Origin: Psammoneis japonica
Lineage: Eukaryota
Assembly (NCBI GenBank): GCA_008632985.1
Contig: QPGO01000266.1
Coordinates: forward strand, 1-64,000
Reading direction: 5' to 3'
DNA: 64,000 nt
Position numbers and translations under genes: made by a program. Below are positions 60,857 through 64,000 of this stretch, in pieces. The first letter of the stretch is position 1, and every line of letters starts with the position of its first letter. The notes under the pieces were generated by a model. It did no database searches and was not told where the DNA came from. It was given only the letters and a program-made list of their open reading frames with translations.

Positions 60857-63038
60857 TCAGCATCTTCCTGTCTTCATGCATTTCCCCAAACTGCACTTGA
60901 AACACCAACAGATTGCTGTAACCACGAATCCGAAAATCAACAAAAAGGCGAAAAATGGGAGTCTTGTCGGAGACGTTGTTCCACCACCGCCTGCATGGCC
61001 ACCTGCCATCAGGTTCCGGAAACGGATGGCGCCTCTGACATGGAAGCATCCATTCCTTATCGAAGCGTAGGAGCGATGGAATTCATCAGTATAATGCGGG
61101 AGCTCTTCGACTGAGAGGCAGCCTCCGCCTTCTCCATCATAAAGAGTAATTATTATTTCATCTGAAGCCTCTCGGAAGAAACTTCTATATTGCAGGTCAG
61201 CTAAAATCTTACTCAGATCACCAGGCAAAGCCAAGAAAGTCATCTGCAGCGCGCAAAAACAAAATCACACGGTGAGCCAATTAAACAACAGGGGGAGGCA
61301 AATCTTTCCTTGTACCTACAGATCTATCCTCATCCCCACGCCCGTGACACAACCAATTGTAGGAAAGACGGGATCGACAAGATTGAAAGTCAGCAAGATG
61401 TAGATGGCGGTGGTTGAGACTTAGACTCCCGTTGCGCGCAGAAATATCAACTCGAACTCTGTCAACATCTTTGTCCTTGTCAATAACGCGAATACCATTA
61501 AGACCTAGTATCGGACGGCCGCTTGCATCGAACCGTAAAATATTGTCTGATGCTATTTGCAGAGGTACCAATAGCTTTGGTCTGTGATTTACGTTCAGCA
61601 CACGGATTCGTTGTGTCGCAGCCAAGGAGGCACTTAACGTTGTACCGGTGTCATTACGTCCCCCGTATGCGATGACACGGAAATCAAAGGAGTCTAGGGG
61701 GAACTTCCAAATCAATTCCGTTGGCTTTCTGGCTCGGAGCATTGAAATAATCATTTGGACAGAGACTCATAACGGACAGCTGTATGCGTGGCGTCTTCAT
61801 CGATCCGGATGATCGACCCTGCTTCTAGGACTTTCGTACTATTGAAAGAAAAAAGTTTTCCATGCTTCGGAAGTGAAAGAATTTCCACTGCAGTTTGTCG
61901 CTCAGCCGTGGATGGAGTCACCCCACCAACCCACAGAGCAACTCTACCGGTATTACCTTCTGGTAATGTGTACAACGTCGAGAGTGACGCAACCAAATCC
62001 AACGGTGCCACAGCGTCCACCTCTTCGAAGATCCTCTCGCTTCTCTCAAAAGCTTCATCTTCCACCTCGTCCATAAACTGATCATAGATCGATACAGAGT
62101 GTATTTTTTCTGCGTACACATTGCGCTCGCCCCCAACCAGCTCGTGATCGCCACATGGAGAAAATAGCTGAATAGTGCGAGTCGCACACCAATTGCGGAA
62201 GCTGGAATTCAGGTAATCGCCAGAGATTTGCATCCCCGAAACGGATTTCCCATTCAAAAACAAATCCATTTTGCTATTTCGAACAACAGGCGAGACAGTC
62301 GTAGTAGGCGAGGCAGTTAGAACGTTTGAAATTCGTTGAATGGTGTTGGCAATCTTCTCTTCATCGTACCTTTCGCTGAACGACAAGACAACATGCTTTA
62401 AACTGAGAGTCGTGCTATCACAAATGAGAAGACGACGGCAATGTTTAGATGAACCAATTTCTGAATAGGCTAGTTCAAACATCCGCCCTGTGTAAGAAAG
62501 CGAAACATCCAAACCACCACATCCTCGGGGAACATCATCCAAAATCTCGCTGGAATACGCCCCCCCGATGGTCAAAACAGGCCTCAAGGTGTCTACGATA
62601 TCATCAAGTGTGAGAATCCCTAGCTCGATCGACCATCTCGAAGAAGGCCCTGATCTGACATGGTCGATGAGCGCCGTGATGTTGCTCCTCGATTCGATGA
62701 CAGGAAAACTGAGACCTTCGTGTCCAACAACAAGTCTTATTCCTGATCCTAGGTTGCACCGAATGACGTCCTTTTCGTTCAAAACAAACCCATAAAAAAG
62801 GGATTTGAGTTCGTTTGGGAGAAAGACATCGCCGACACTGTCTTCATCAAAGCAGAAGAAATCGTAAGTCTCTGATGGTCGCATTTTCATCGGTCCTTTG
62901 CTCCGATACAACAGCAGAAAGCGCGAGAATAAAAGCAGTTGTTCCGTTCGAATCGACTACACTACGTATAAAACACGGGTTAAACGTATCCCACGAGGCC
63001 ATGGTCAAGTGAGACCTCCCAAGCCGGGAGTGGGTCAA
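60857..63038 (-). CDS. Probable host gene: multi-exon single-pass membrane or surface protein with beta-sandwich (LamG/cadherin-like) regions; exon structure uncertain
   Basis: ORFs 62911-61751, 61754-61281 and 61243-60857; RVLNVNHRP and DKDKD cadherin-like motifs; TM segment FFAFLLIFGFVVTAICWC; GT...TGCAG intron ~61319-61244; normal TpA and CpG content. Confidence 0.6.
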
Positions 63039-64000
63039 GTAGTGTCAAGTTTCATTTTTTATTTTTTATTTTTTGTAAACTGGTCACCCCCTCGTTTTTA
63101 TGGCCAGTGGCTAAAATTTTGTGTAGACACATACCAGGTTTGTACGCTCGTATATTTTCTACACAGAAAATATTTACTATCCATTTTACTGAAGCTATAA
63201 ATGTCATATCTGTAACGGTTTGCTGCTAAATAAAGTTCGTTAATATAAAATATGAGTTAGCCGGGGTAGGGCTAGTTGGTCGCGCACGTTTGGGTTCGAT
63301 GCAGCCGTGCAACTAGCCATACCCTTCAGGAAGAGCTGTTGGTTGCGCGCGAGCAGAAGCAACAAAGCAAAGAACACGGCGTGGGTCAAAACGTTTTAAA
63401 ATGACGCAACAACAAGCAGCGAGAAGAAACCCAACTTGACCCATGAATACAGCGCATACATATTGTCCAACCACTTCAATAGTATCTCGTATTCCCAGCT
63501 TGTAGATGAGGGGACGGCGTTCACGTTTCTCGCCATGGTGTTGTTGTGCGTTATCATGTTGTTTGCGCATGAAGAACACGGGATCTATTTATCCGATAGT
63601 CACTGTGTTTTGGTAATAGTAGATGTTTCACTATATCCAATCTGAAGTTATTTTTTGAGAAGCGCTTCGCGACAACCCTGTTCGCACCGTTAAATAGAAT
63701 TTTTTTTGTGCAGATTCCAGAGTTCTTTCGGGGTGTTCTGTAAGATTTTTGAATTGTGGTATATATATTTTAAAGACAAAAGAAATTTCAATGATATGTA
63801 AAAGCTTCGGAGATGTACATAAATTTATCTTTCATGTAGATCACGTAGATTATGTACCGGCGGAAAATCCACCGCATGTCAACTCACTCAGCAGCAATTC
63901 TACGTATATTCTACTTACACCTCACACACGTACACCCACACCTACACAGTCTAATAACCGTGCACTAAGTGCTCGAGATCAAGTTGCGCACAGACTTGGC

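Noticed and set aside
63313..63645. Short hydrophobic ORFs on both strands
   Set aside because: Too short and no motif; strand and product cannot be supported

Overview
Eukaryotic, repeat-dense window. It is most likely from a diatom, inferred from CoDi-like Ty1/copia elements and a GT-AG intron with an ACTAAC branch site. About 60 kb is a nest of transposons. These include two copia LTR elements plus fragments, several gypsy remnants, and a Penelope-like element with a candidate hammerhead ribozyme. There is also a 14.3-kb TIR/TA-TSD DNA transposon carrying a Plavaka/CACTA-like transposase and 5-6 cargo ORFs, a decayed GCM-domain Mutator-like transposase with two USP-like peptidase domains, and several MITE families with readable TIRs and TSDs. 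A probable host membrane-protein gene lies at 60.8-63.0 kb. Two observations stand out. (1) Repeats show a directional, patchy TpA->CpA/TpG hypermutation, the reverse of fungal RIP, alongside ordinary CpG decay. It is visible in paired copies, in TSDs and in conserved Tyr codons. (2) The 14.3-kb transposon carries a 1406-aa cargo ORF with an HxD..N TET/JBP-like motif followed by a region resembling aGPT-Pplase/HhH DNA-modifying enzymes, making it a candidate transposon-borne DNA base modification system. All domain calls are by eye, without database searches.
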